Counted from the stretch's first letter, positions 18,681-28,806 are shown. The stretch is 64,000 nt of DNA from an uncultured Candidatus Saccharibacteria bacterium (GCA_964575755.1 CAZNRH010000002.1:6107-70106); one strand, 5' to 3'. Numbers and translations: made by a program. The notes: generated from the letters alone by a model not told the origin.

Positions 18681-19511
18681 CTACACTCCAGCCCCTGGTT
18701 GACACAAGTCCCCTATTTCATTAAGAATTTCAGGAATTAATCTCGATTCAACCCCATGTGTCTCCAAAAGGCTGTTATTATCTTTTATATCTCGACACAA
18801 TAATACTTTATTTTCGATAAGTCTCTTCCTTTCTTTTGAAGGTATTTTAGTAAGACATGTGATGGGGTGAAGTCCTGTTTCTTCTATAAGTGAAAATAGG
18901 TTTCCTTTTAGGGGGTATTCCCAACTTATCATCTTTAAGCCGGCACATTTACCATATGACACTGCATTTTTTGTAAATTTTGTGTTTGTGATAAGGATAC
19001 CTTCGTCTACTGCACCAGATTTAATAAGGTCATCAAAACGTGCGTATACGTAAAGCGCCACCTTCAAATCTGATTTTATACCTTGACTGTTATGAAATTT
19101 TATTTCTGCGCCATATATCTTTTTATCCTTCTTTGCAAACAAGTCGACTTCGTGCACTGCGCACTTCCCTTTTAACATAACTCCAGTTGAAGATTCAAAC
19201 CCTTTTGCGCGATAAATCTCTGCAATAAAGTCTTCAAGTGGGAATCCGCTTGGTCCAAGATCAAAAACAGCTTTTTTAAGAGAGTATTTTGCCGCAGTCA
19301 CTCCTGTGTCTTTATCACGAAGTAGCTCAAAAGCATTTCTATAGATTTCCTTTGTGGTCATGCCATCAACAAGTCTAGAAGTTATACCTGCTAACACTTC
19401 TTTTATTATGGATTTCGACGCACCAGAACGCTCTAGAGAGCGTTCTAGCTTTGACGCTTCAAACGGCTCCGTACTTCCATCTGCTTTTTTAATTAAAATC
19501 TCTTTAGTCAT
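18681..19511 (-). CDS. ATP-cone domain fused to Mrr-like restriction-endonuclease (PD-(D/E)xK) domain
   Basis: N-terminal NrdR-type ATP-cone (ILIKKADGSTEPFEASKLERSLER); C-terminal HEVDLF...AEIKF D...ExK nuclease core. Confidence 0.6.
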   Translation of the reverse strand: MTKEILIKKADGSTEPFEASKLERSLERSGASKSIIKEVLAGITSRLVDGMTTKEIYRNAFELLRDKDTGVTAAKYSLKKAVFDLGPSGFPLEDFIAEIYRAKGFESSTGVMLKGKCAVHEVDLFAKKDKKIYGAEIKFHNSQGIKSDLKVALYVYARFDDLIKSGAVDEGILITNTKFTKNAVSYGKCAGLKMISWEYPLKGNLFSLIEETGLHPITCLTKIPSKERKRLIENKVLLCRDIKDNNSLLETHGVESRLIPEILNEIGDLCQPGAGV

Positions 19512-19532
19512 AGAAATAGTCTACCAGATTAA

Positions 19533-19988
19533 CTATATCATTTCATTAAATTCACTCAAATGATGCACTGTGTATGTTGGTTTCCCAGTCTCTTCATTTG
19601 GTAATTCATCTTTAAATTTTCCATTTCGAAACCAAATTGTTGTAGTTCCGTTTTGATTACCCCATTTAATTCCTCTTATAACCCTGTCGTCGACTATTAC
19701 CGCTTCTTCGGGTTTGAGTTCTAGAGCCCTCAATGTTTTTGCGTACATACTATCTTTATCTTTTGTATCAAAGAGAATAGACTCGAAGTATTGTTCTAGA
19801 TTATTTTCTTTTATAATACGTAATCGTTCTTGTATTTTTTCTTCGCCAGCAGTTGCTAAAGCAACGATTGCTAAAATATATTTTTGAGATAGATGATCAA
19901 GTACTTCTATGGTGTCACTGAACAATCTCTCAGTCTCTGGATTATAAAGGGTTCTTCCCCAATCAAAAATAATAAGTTTCTTATTCAT
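19533..19988 (-). CDS. HAD-superfamily hydrolase-like protein
   Basis: N-terminal LIIFDWGRTL (HAD motif I-like) and C-terminal VDDR / GTTTIW motifs. Confidence 0.45.
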   Translation of the reverse strand: MNKKLIIFDWGRTLYNPETERLFSDTIEVLDHLSQKYILAIVALATAGEEKIQERLRIIKENNLEQYFESILFDTKDKDSMYAKTLRALELKPEEAVIVDDRVIRGIKWGNQNGTTTIWFRNGKFKDELPNEETGKPTYTVHHLSEFNEMI

Positions 19989-20000
19989 AAAGACTGAAAG

Positions 20001-21062
20001 CTATTTTATAATACCTCCACCTAAACACTCATCTTTATTATATATAACAATAGATTGTCCACGAGCTAGTCCATGTTGTGGCTCTTTAAATACAACTTTC
20101 TCTCCTTCTATTTTACATTGATATAGTTCTCCACGATGTCTAATGCGGGCTGTGTATTCTTTCCCTGCTTCAGGAACTTTTGTTATCCAATTTATCTGCT
20201 CTAATAGGACTTCTCTTTTATTAAAATCTTTATCGTTTGGTTTATGAGAAACGGTGATGATATTTTTTTGTACATCTTTACTTACAATATAGTACGGCTT
20301 TCTGTCAGTGTTTTTCTCAAAAATTATAAAACCATGGCGTTGGCCGAGCGTGTATATTTCAGCACCATTGTGGGAGCCCACTATATCTCCCTTTGTATTA
20401 AATACATAGCCCTCTTTTAAATCTATATAATGACCAAGAAATTCTTCGAGATCCACGTGACCTAGGAAACAAATACCTTGGCTGTCTTTCTTGTCTGCGG
20501 TTGACAGATTATATTTCTTAGCTAGTTTACGTACTTTGTCTTTTTCCAAGCATCCGACAGGAAACAGTACCGAGCCCAGTTCTTTCTGTGTAAGAGTCCA
20601 TAAAAAGTATGTCTGGTCTTTGTTGTGGTCTACGCCCTGCAACATCTTAAATTGCTCACCATCTTTAACAACCTGAGCATAATGACCTGTTGCTATATAG
20701 TCTGCCCCGCTTTCTTTCGCAAACTTCATAAAGCTTCCAAATTTAATATATTTATTACACATCACATCAGGGTTTGGGGTTCGCCCTTTTTTATACTCAG
20801 AAATCATATAGTCTGCGACTTCTTCCTTGTACTCTTTTTCAAGGTCTAGTGTTAGGAACGGTATATCGAGCCGTACACAGACACGCATGGCATCTGTTCT
20901 TTCCTTTTCCCAATCACACTCTAGGAATTCAGGTTGCCACACCTTAATAAAGACTCCAACTACGTTATATCCAGCATCTTTAAGGAGCGCTGCGGAAACA
21001 GACGAGTCTACTCCACCACTAACTCCTACAAAGACTGTTCTATTTTCATTTTTCTTATTCAC
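20001..21062 (-). CDS. mnmA: tRNA-specific 2-thiouridylase
   Basis: PP-loop SGGVDSSV, catalytic Cys pattern and C-terminal barrel; full MnmA length. Confidence 0.9.
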   Translation of the reverse strand: MNKKNENRTVFVGVSGGVDSSVSAALLKDAGYNVVGVFIKVWQPEFLECDWEKERTDAMRVCVRLDIPFLTLDLEKEYKEEVADYMISEYKKGRTPNPDVMCNKYIKFGSFMKFAKESGADYIATGHYAQVVKDGEQFKMLQGVDHNKDQTYFLWTLTQKELGSVLFPVGCLEKDKVRKLAKKYNLSTADKKDSQGICFLGHVDLEEFLGHYIDLKEGYVFNTKGDIVGSHNGAEIYTLGQRHGFIIFEKNTDRKPYYIVSKDVQKNIITVSHKPNDKDFNKREVLLEQINWITKVPEAGKEYTARIRHRGELYQCKIEGEKVVFKEPQHGLARGQSIVIYNKDECLGGGIIK

Positions 21063-21082
21063 GAGATAGTTATATCACAACT

Positions 21083-22114
21083 TTAGTCTATATACTGCGC
21101 TTTCTTTCTGGAGTGCTCTGCGAAGGTTTTACTAAAATGCGTTATCCCGCTCTTATCTGCTAAATAGTAGTAATAGCCGTGTTTATTTGGAGTTACTGCT
21201 GCTAGGATTGAATCTAGTCCAGGGTTTGCAATAGGACCGGGTGGGAGTCCTCTATATTTATACGTGTTATACGGAGAATCTATTTGTAAATCTTCAAGAG
21301 ATAGTTGAGAAGTACCTTTTCCAAGAAGATATGCAAATGATGCATCAACCTGAAGTGCCATATTAACATCTATACGATTCCAAAGAACTCCAGAGATTTC
21401 GCGTTTTGTTTCAAAGTCCATGGCTTCTAACTCAATAATAGATGCCATGGTTATAATGTCTTCTATAGAAACCCCTGAACTTTTCATAAAATCTTCCATT
21501 TCTTTAGACACTTCTTTTAAGCGAGTATTAAAATTATCTTTCATTGTTTTGTACACTTCCTCCTCACTTACATTTGGTAAGAAATAATACGTGTCTGGAA
21601 ACAAGTACCCCTCGTCACTTTTAGATAAAGATATAAACTTCGCCATATCAAATGTTTCTATTGTGTTAGATAGATGTAGCGCAACTTCTTTGTTGTTTAA
21701 CCCCTCAGGAACCAATACCGTTATTGGAGTTAATCCAAAAACTCCACGAGTTATCCTGTAAGCGAGCGTGAATACTCCTTCTTTCTCATCTAAATAGTAT
21801 TCTCCCGCATGTGAGCTTTTCTCCCCTCCTAATAATATTATTCCTGCTCTAAATAGAAATGGAGAGCGTATAGCCCCAGATGATTCAAAATTCACAGTGA
21901 TATCTTTTAGTGTAGAGCCTTCTTCTACTTTAATGATTTGTTTTATTGGAAAATCAGATGGCACTCGAATCAGGGAGATATAAAAAGAGAAAGTTAGAAC
22001 AATAACTGAAAGTGTTATAGCTTTTTTTACGCGTGACCCAAACAATACTCTCAGTATGTGGACTGGTAAGTTTTCTTTTTGTGATATTTCTTGTAAGAGT
22101 TCGTCTGTGTTCAT
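21083..22114 (-). CDS. mltG: Endolytic murein transglycosylase MltG/YceG
   Basis: N-terminal TM helix; YceG signature DSPYNTYKYRGLPPGPIANPG. Confidence 0.85.
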   Translation of the reverse strand: MNTDELLQEISQKENLPVHILRVLFGSRVKKAITLSVIVLTFSFYISLIRVPSDFPIKQIIKVEEGSTLKDITVNFESSGAIRSPFLFRAGIILLGGEKSSHAGEYYLDEKEGVFTLAYRITRGVFGLTPITVLVPEGLNNKEVALHLSNTIETFDMAKFISLSKSDEGYLFPDTYYFLPNVSEEEVYKTMKDNFNTRLKEVSKEMEDFMKSSGVSIEDIITMASIIELEAMDFETKREISGVLWNRIDVNMALQVDASFAYLLGKGTSQLSLEDLQIDSPYNTYKYRGLPPGPIANPGLDSILAAVTPNKHGYYYYLADKSGITHFSKTFAEHSRKKAQYID

Positions 22115-22134
22115 TTCTCTCTATGATGGCTTTT

Positions 22135-23484
22135 TTATCCAATAGGTAGATTAGATGGAGCTTCTCCTTTTGTAGACTGAACACGTGGAAGTGTTGGTGC
22201 TTGTACAACTGACCCGGGGAAATGAAATATGGTAGCTAGCTCCTCTACATTAAGTACAAAAGGAGGGGTTTTGTATGGCTCGTGGAAATAAGAGCGACGC
22301 TTATAAGCATCAATAATTTCTCTTTTATTTCTCTCTTTTTTCCACCCAAAAAGGTCTTGCCATGGGTAGTCATACCCTATAAACCATCTTGTAGGTGCAA
22401 ACCCGTTAAGGCTCCCTGAATTAAGTTGTTTAAATGAAGAGGTTAACCCAGCAATATTTGATGGATTAAATTTGCCTGACTTAGAAATATAGATACCGCG
22501 TATTCCGATGTCAAATCCTAGTTTTGAAATACTTCGCTCAAGAGCTTTTATAGTATCCGTCTCACCAGGTGTAGGATTAGGAAATCCTGACCTTTCTTTG
22601 CCTTGCTCATCAGTATATTTAGGTGTTGCATTATCTCGTATCTCATCTATCTCTTCCTTTGCTTCTTCTTTCCAGCTCGTAGTTTGTGTAAATAAAGACC
22701 CTCCTTTGTACTTTCTATCATCTTTTAACTTATCTTTATTTGTACGTATTAAAATCTGGAACCACAACTGTTCATCAGGACCGATATGTCCAAGGAATTC
22801 AAAGAAACCTGCCATCGGATCTATTTTAAACTCCTCTTTTGGGTCTTTATCAAGCCCATAGTCAATATATGTCTTGATTGGGTAAGCATCTTTCTTTGTT
22901 AATTTAAAATCGCATCCCCATAAATCATATGCGTCAGTGCTGTACCGTAGCTTTTTTGCATAATCATCTACTTCATGGATTTCTACCATAGGATATTGAC
23001 CGTATATTTGAGCCTCTACAACATCTCTAAGGAATTTACTAGTGTATATATAGAAGTGTATTTCTCCGCCGAGAGAAACCATCTCTAGTGAGTACCAAGA
23101 TCTTACCTTGCCTTGAAAACTCCTATTAATAAAAGTGGTTTCTCCCATACCAATATGAATATTACTTAAAACTGTTTCCATAGCTAGTGGGGAGCGTACT
23201 ACCTCACGTGGTAAACGGATTTCAAGTAAAACATACTCTTGTTTGTTTATGGACTTAGCGCGAATATATTTAATCCATATTTTCCAAAATACAACAACTA
23301 ATACAAAAGGTAACCAAACTGGAGAAGATAAGAAAATTGTTTCAAACGTTGGCCCCAGATTTAATTCAAGTATAGAAGAAGTAAACCATAGTAGTCCAAG
23401 AAATACAGCTACTAAAAACCAAGCAGAAGAAAATTCAAAACCTTCGAGTGTTTTACTTACGTCTTTTAATGGGTTTACAGACAT
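22135..23484 (-). CDS. Hypothetical membrane protein (two N-terminal TM helices, large soluble domain)
   Basis: 449-aa ORF with good coding texture; no recognised domain. Confidence 0.5.
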   Translation of the reverse strand: MSVNPLKDVSKTLEGFEFSSAWFLVAVFLGLLWFTSSILELNLGPTFETIFLSSPVWLPFVLVVVFWKIWIKYIRAKSINKQEYVLLEIRLPREVVRSPLAMETVLSNIHIGMGETTFINRSFQGKVRSWYSLEMVSLGGEIHFYIYTSKFLRDVVEAQIYGQYPMVEIHEVDDYAKKLRYSTDAYDLWGCDFKLTKKDAYPIKTYIDYGLDKDPKEEFKIDPMAGFFEFLGHIGPDEQLWFQILIRTNKDKLKDDRKYKGGSLFTQTTSWKEEAKEEIDEIRDNATPKYTDEQGKERSGFPNPTPGETDTIKALERSISKLGFDIGIRGIYISKSGKFNPSNIAGLTSSFKQLNSGSLNGFAPTRWFIGYDYPWQDLFGWKKERNKREIIDAYKRRSYFHEPYKTPPFVLNVEELATIFHFPGSVVQAPTLPRVQSTKGEAPSNLPIG

Positions 23485-23558
23485 TGTGTTAAATTATACA
23501 ACCTGTTTACTCAAGAGCAAAGCGATTGATTTGCACTAAAGCGCCGCGACTTATACTC

Positions 23559-23660
23559 AATCGTTCCACTCTTGAATAAGTCGGTTGTAAACAGCAGTGC
23601 TCTGTGAGTACAACCGATTTCTCTAGAAGTGCAACCAGTTCGTTCAAGAGTGAAACGATT
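23559..23660 (-). repeat. Nested inverted repeats in the 5' leader of the 22135-23484 gene
   Basis: 17-nt arms AATCGTTCCACTCTTGA / TCAAGAGTGAAACGATT (16/17 match) enclosing a perfect TCGGTTGTA...TACAACCGA 9-bp hairpin. Confidence 0.3.
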
Positions 23661-23741
23661 GGATACAAACAGCAGTGCAAAGTCCATGTATAGTGAAAAA
23701 TAGAATAGTTATTATTACAGTGGCTCGGACACTCAAAACAT

Positions 23742-23768
23742 AAACACTCCAGTATAGCTGGAGTGTTT
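23742..23768 (-). terminator. Rho-independent terminator after the sigma-r4/HARE-HTH gene (AAACACTCCAG-TATAG-CTGGAGTGTTT)
   Basis: Perfect 11-bp stem with U-runs on both strands, 25 nt below the stop at 23793. Confidence 0.5.
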
Positions 23769-23792
23769 ATGTTTTTAGAGATGGTTTAATAA

Positions 23793-24866
23793 TTAAACTA
23801 TTGAGTACTTACCTCCTTTATCTTTCTTAAATACTGTAACATCCTGTAGGTTTACTAAAATAGTATTATCCTTTACGTAACGCTCTTTTCGTATTTTATC
23901 AATAAGGTCTTCTTTGGTTAAAGGACCTTCTTTTGAAAGGATGCTACGAAGTACGTCTTTTACTACTCCGCTTGAGTACCCCCATTCCTCAAGGGCATAA
24001 AGACCTCTTCCTACAAGCACAAATCGTTTATCTTTGATAAGTTCATTGTGACAAGTTGCAACATGAGCCTTTTTATTAAATAAGTCAGTAATCATACGTG
24101 CAACTTCTGTAAAATGCATTGGTGAGCCATGACGTTTTATTGCAAGATACGCAAAATCCCTCATTCCTTTTGCTCGTACGTTTGAAGATGTAGTTTGACC
24201 CCATTCACCAAGTGGGTTCTTGGAGATTGTTTTTGAAAGAGATAACCAGCGACGTAATATTTCGTCTTGTAGATATTGTTCATTAAGATGCTTAACTTCG
24301 TCTAGAAATGAATCAATTAGTTTTGATTCTACAACAAGCTCATCATCTGAAAGATTCGAATAAAGATTACGTAAAGCTTTATGAACATCTTCAGCAAGAT
24401 CTTCATCTATATACCATCGTGGTGTAAATTCAGAATCTTCTTTTTTATATACAAAGTGATTACCCAAAACTAGTAAGAAATGGATATGGTTTTGTGTTCC
24501 ACTGTCCTTAGAGATACTCGAGAGTAGTTCTTCTTCTGAAATAACTCCTCCAAGTGAATCGATATATTTTTCTAGTTCGTCGAAAATGCCAGTTGTACTT
24601 TCAAATATGTCTGATTTACGGATACTAGCTAAGGCATGGTTTTCAATCTGGCGGACTCGTTCTCGAGTGATGCCATATCTTTCACCAATAGACTCTAGAG
24701 TCTTTTTCTCAGTATCTTTCCCAAGACCATAACGACTAGTAAGAATCTCTCCAGATCTCTCTGGAAGAGCTCCAAGAAGTGTCTTGGTTATTTGCTTTGG
24801 TTTGAATGTAATTTTCGCCATAAATATATTGATAAGTGTTGAATAGTGTACTCTAATTTCTGTCAT
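23793..24866 (-). CDS. DNA-binding protein with N-terminal sigma-70 region 4 HTH and C-terminal HARE-HTH winged helix
   Basis: LESIGERYGITRERVRQIENHAL (sigma r4 recognition helix); C-terminal HFTEVARMITDL...RFVLVGRGLYALEEWGY (HARE-HTH as in RNAP delta); start may be the internal Met at about 24821. Confidence 0.55.
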   Translation of the reverse strand: MTEIRVHYSTLINIFMAKITFKPKQITKTLLGALPERSGEILTSRYGLGKDTEKKTLESIGERYGITRERVRQIENHALASIRKSDIFESTTGIFDELEKYIDSLGGVISEEELLSSISKDSGTQNHIHFLLVLGNHFVYKKEDSEFTPRWYIDEDLAEDVHKALRNLYSNLSDDELVVESKLIDSFLDEVKHLNEQYLQDEILRRWLSLSKTISKNPLGEWGQTTSSNVRAKGMRDFAYLAIKRHGSPMHFTEVARMITDLFNKKAHVATCHNELIKDKRFVLVGRGLYALEEWGYSSGVVKDVLRSILSKEGPLTKEDLIDKIRKERYVKDNTILVNLQDVTVFKKDKGGKYSIV

Positions 24867-24903
24867 TTGTCTAGTGCTTCGTCAAGTACCACGTCCTATA
24901 CGG

Positions 24904-27786
24904 CTAAATAACTATATTTATAAGCTTATTTTCGACATAGAATGTCTTTTTAGCCTCACCTTCTAGCCATTTAGAAAATTTGCTGTCAGCCCGAACCAGC
25001 TTTATAGCATCATCCTTACTTATCCCAGAATTAGCTTCTATGGTTCCTCGTGTCTTACCGTTTATCTGTACGGCTATAAAGACAGTGCCAGAAACAAGTT
25101 TAGATTCGTCAAATTGTGGCCATTTTTCAAGATGGATAGAGGTCACATCGTTTTTCTTTAGAATTTTCGCCTGCAAGTCAAACCAAAGTTCTTCTGTTAT
25201 ATGTGGAGCAAATGGTGCAACAAGCTTAAATATTGTTTCCAATTGTGGAGTTGTGATTTGACGGCTCTTAGTGTTAGTTACTTTCACTTTATGCGATATA
25301 GTTTTATCTTCTTCATATATATTATTCAAGAGAACCATTAAAGAAGATACTGCTGTATTGAATTTCATTTGATCAATATCATCATTCACTTTTTTAATTG
25401 TATTATGTAATAAATTAGAGAAAGAGTTGTCCCATTCATCTAAATCATAATCTTTTCCATTATCATCTATATAATTCTTTTTCCAATCGTTGTGGTAATA
25501 ATTCCACATCTTTTCTAGAAACCTTCTTGCTCCAGCAATATTATCTGTATTCCATATTATTGTCTGATCAAAAGGACCCATAAACATTTCATATATACGC
25601 AAAGTATCAGCCCCAACTGTTTTTATAACATAATCTGGGTTTATAGCATTACCTTTTGATTTAGACATTTTAGACCCATCTTCAGCTAAAATCATTCCCT
25701 GGGAAGTTCTTTTCATATATGGTTCTGAGGATGGAACAATACCGATGTCATATAAAAATTTATGCCAAAATCGTGAATACAGTAAATGAAGAGTTGTATG
25801 TTCCATACCCCCGTTGTACCAATCTACAGGGGTCCAATATTTTAACTTATCTTTTCCTGCAAATTCATCCTCATTTTTAGGATCAGTATATCGTAAGAAA
25901 TACCACGAAGAACCAGCCCAATTAGGCATCGTGTCTGTTTCTCTTTTTGCGGAACCATTACATTTTGGACAAGTAGTATTTACCCAATCTTCAGCAGAAG
26001 CTAAAGGAGATTCCCCATCATCAGTTGGTTTATAATTCTCAACTTCTGGAAGCTCTAAAGGAAGACTGTCTTCTGGTACTGGAACCCACCCACATTTTCC
26101 ACAATTAATCATCGGTATCGGTTCTCCCCAATATCTTTGACGTGAGAATATCCAATCGCGAAGCTTGTATGTGGTCTTCATCTTTCCGCCGACAAACTTA
26201 GTAATCTTTTCCTTAGCATCTTCACTTGTTAGTCCATCAAATTTTTCGGAATTCTCTAACATTCCTTCATTAGAATGAATAATTATATTTTTATAAAATC
26301 CATTTTCTGCTTTTGCTAGCCAACTCCAAACATTCCTAGCTTTCCACTCTAATCCAACTTTTTTATTATGAAAAAATTCATAGCATTTTTTATCAACTTC
26401 AGCCCAATTGCTTGAGTCAAGCTTATATGTCGAAATACTATTATCAGTATTTTTGAAATTAAATATAATTCCAATAGGTCCAACGTATTCATTCCAAAAT
26501 CCCACAGGCAATTTCTCTTGCACCAATTTTTCAAAAGCAACTATTGTGCTTACAGGGAACTCAACTTTCTTTATTATTTCATCATATTTATCGTTATTGG
26601 TTTTAATCTCTTCAACGATTTTTACCCCAATTGACTCTAAATCAGCTTTTTTAATGTTATGTCCCCAAACAATACTTCGAACTATGTCTTTATTCGCTAT
26701 CACTCGTTGTATTGGCAAATCAAATTTATCTGCGAACTGATAATCACGCTCATCATGCGCCGGCACTGCCATAATTGCTCCTGTTCCATACCCAGAAAGT
26801 ACATAGTCCGCTATAAAAATCGGAATCTCTTCGCTATTTGCAGGATTTATCGCTTTCACACCCTTTAATTCGACCCCCGTCTTTTCTTTTCCTTCTGCAG
26901 TACGTTCAATTTCAGGCTTACTCACAGCTTCCTTAACATATTCCTCCACCTCTTTATAATTCGTAATTCCTAACTTATTATCCTTTAACAGCTCATGTTC
27001 TGGGGCCAAGACTACATAAGTAGCTCCAAATAATGTGTCGGGGCGCGTCGTAAAGACTTTTACTTTTTTATTACCTCCGGCAATTCTAAAATCTATTTCA
27101 GCTCCCTCGCTCCTTCCGATCCAATTCCTTTGTTGAGTTTTTATTCGATCAAGGTAATCCACTTCATCAAGATCATCATAAAGTCTTTGGGCGTAATTGG
27201 TTATCTTCAACATCCACTGTTCTTTTTCTCGCCTTTCAGTTTCTCCTCCACACCGTTCACATAACCCGTCTATTACTTCTTCATTTGCTAATCCAGTTTT
27301 GCAATCAATACACCAATTTATTGGCATCTTTGATTTGTATGCTAACCCCTTTTCAAAAAGTTTAATAAAAATCCACTGCGTCCATTTATAATATTCTGGG
27401 TCAGTTGTATTTATCTCCCTATCCCAGTCAAAGGAAAATCCCATCGATTTGAGTTGTTCTCTAAACTTATCTGTATTCTGTTTTGTAACTTCCTTAGGAT
27501 GTATACCTGTCTTAAGTGCATAATTTTCTGTAGGTAATCCAAAAGCATCCCACCCTATTGGGTAAAGAACATTAAATCCTTCCGCTCTCTTTTTCCGTGC
27601 GACGATATCTAAGGCCGTGTAGCTTCTTGCGTGTCCAACATGTAATCCATCTCCAGAAGGATAAGGAAACTCAACCAATAAATACATTTTTTCTTTTTTT
27701 GAACCGTCTATGGCTTTATTCTGCCCATCTTCAGCCCATTTATCTTGCCATTTTTTTTCAACTTCCTTATGATTATACAAAGACAT
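24904..27786 (-). CDS. leuS: Leucine--tRNA ligase
   Basis: HVGHARSY (HIGH) and KMSKSKGN motifs, CP1 editing domain (TRPDTLFGATYVVLAPEH); 960 aa. Confidence 0.95.
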   Translation of the reverse strand: MSLYNHKEVEKKWQDKWAEDGQNKAIDGSKKEKMYLLVEFPYPSGDGLHVGHARSYTALDIVARKKRAEGFNVLYPIGWDAFGLPTENYALKTGIHPKEVTKQNTDKFREQLKSMGFSFDWDREINTTDPEYYKWTQWIFIKLFEKGLAYKSKMPINWCIDCKTGLANEEVIDGLCERCGGETERREKEQWMLKITNYAQRLYDDLDEVDYLDRIKTQQRNWIGRSEGAEIDFRIAGGNKKVKVFTTRPDTLFGATYVVLAPEHELLKDNKLGITNYKEVEEYVKEAVSKPEIERTAEGKEKTGVELKGVKAINPANSEEIPIFIADYVLSGYGTGAIMAVPAHDERDYQFADKFDLPIQRVIANKDIVRSIVWGHNIKKADLESIGVKIVEEIKTNNDKYDEIIKKVEFPVSTIVAFEKLVQEKLPVGFWNEYVGPIGIIFNFKNTDNSISTYKLDSSNWAEVDKKCYEFFHNKKVGLEWKARNVWSWLAKAENGFYKNIIIHSNEGMLENSEKFDGLTSEDAKEKITKFVGGKMKTTYKLRDWIFSRQRYWGEPIPMINCGKCGWVPVPEDSLPLELPEVENYKPTDDGESPLASAEDWVNTTCPKCNGSAKRETDTMPNWAGSSWYFLRYTDPKNEDEFAGKDKLKYWTPVDWYNGGMEHTTLHLLYSRFWHKFLYDIGIVPSSEPYMKRTSQGMILAEDGSKMSKSKGNAINPDYVIKTVGADTLRIYEMFMGPFDQTIIWNTDNIAGARRFLEKMWNYYHNDWKKNYIDDNGKDYDLDEWDNSFSNLLHNTIKKVNDDIDQMKFNTAVSSLMVLLNNIYEEDKTISHKVKVTNTKSRQITTPQLETIFKLVAPFAPHITEELWFDLQAKILKKNDVTSIHLEKWPQFDESKLVSGTVFIAVQINGKTRGTIEANSGISKDDAIKLVRADSKFSKWLEGEAKKTFYVENKLINIVI

Positions 27787-27800
27787 AGTTTATATCTATT

Positions 27801-28763
27801 TTAGAACCTTTCTTTAAATGGTTGGAATGTATCTGGGTCAATTGTTCGTTCAAAACAGGTCTCGCCAACGCCATGAGACCAATTTTTGTCATCTATAGCA
27901 TACCTGTACTCTAAAGACCTACTCCATACATTTTGTTGCGCGATACCCCCTGTATCTGTAGGTTCATATTCTCTACTTTCTTTGTTAAAGTCTGCACATA
28001 GTTTAAAGGTAAGCTCTCCCATCACCTCATAGCCATATGCTTTTCCAGTTTGAGAGTCTTCTGGAAGAATATATCCAACAAGCGGGTCTTCTAGGTCTAC
28101 TAACTTATTTGGTAGTTGTTCTTTTTGTTGGTAGTGATTTATGATTTGCCATTGAATATTTGAAAGATCTCTTAATTTATCTTGGTCAAACCTAATATCA
28201 CGCATTGATTGGGGTGATCCCATAATAAAGAATCCAAGAACAATAACAGCGACCACTAACACAGAAACACCTGCGCCAATACTTTGGGAAAGTTTCTTAG
28301 ACGTTTCCCATTTACCCTTTAGGTCGTAAAAGTAATATAGAAATACACCACCGATAACGACTAGAATAGATAGAACTTTAAGTATAAAACCAAAAGTAAG
28401 TTCTTCTCCTCCAAGGAATGTGTTTATAAGAACAATGAGGTCGATAATAATAGTTACTCCAGCCACAAAAAGAGTTAGGAAAATAAGCCACTTCCTTACA
28501 CCGATATCTTTTTTCTCTGGGTTCTGTCTTACTTCTTTATTAACAAGTCTTGTTAGATAAATATACAGAGGGAAAATAACAATCAGCGACGCAATTGCGA
28601 ATCGTATCGCTCCAGAGTATGGGTCATAAAAAGCGTTCTTTAATGAGTCTTCAAACAGCACATCTATGTATTGGAAAAGTAGAGTTAGTAAGCTAATGGA
28701 GCTGATATAAAGAGTAATAATTACTCCGATCCAAAGGAAGAAATCTTTAGGTGTTGTTTTCAT
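27801..28763 (-). CDS. Hypothetical polytopic membrane protein with C-terminal extracytoplasmic domain
   Basis: About 5 N-terminal TM helices then a soluble tail; no motif recognised. Confidence 0.5.
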   Translation of the reverse strand: MKTTPKDFFLWIGVIITLYISSISLLTLLFQYIDVLFEDSLKNAFYDPYSGAIRFAIASLIVIFPLYIYLTRLVNKEVRQNPEKKDIGVRKWLIFLTLFVAGVTIIIDLIVLINTFLGGEELTFGFILKVLSILVVIGGVFLYYFYDLKGKWETSKKLSQSIGAGVSVLVVAVIVLGFFIMGSPQSMRDIRFDQDKLRDLSNIQWQIINHYQQKEQLPNKLVDLEDPLVGYILPEDSQTGKAYGYEVMGELTFKLCADFNKESREYEPTDTGGIAQQNVWSRSLEYRYAIDDKNWSHGVGETCFERTIDPDTFQPFKERF

Positions 28764-28806
28764 ATGGCTTATATAATATGGATACGTTACTACTAATTAA
28801 AACAAA

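Noticed and set aside
21954-22208. 84-aa minus-strand ORF overlapping the mltG start and the upstream gene end
   Set aside because: Out of frame with both flanking genes, no support.
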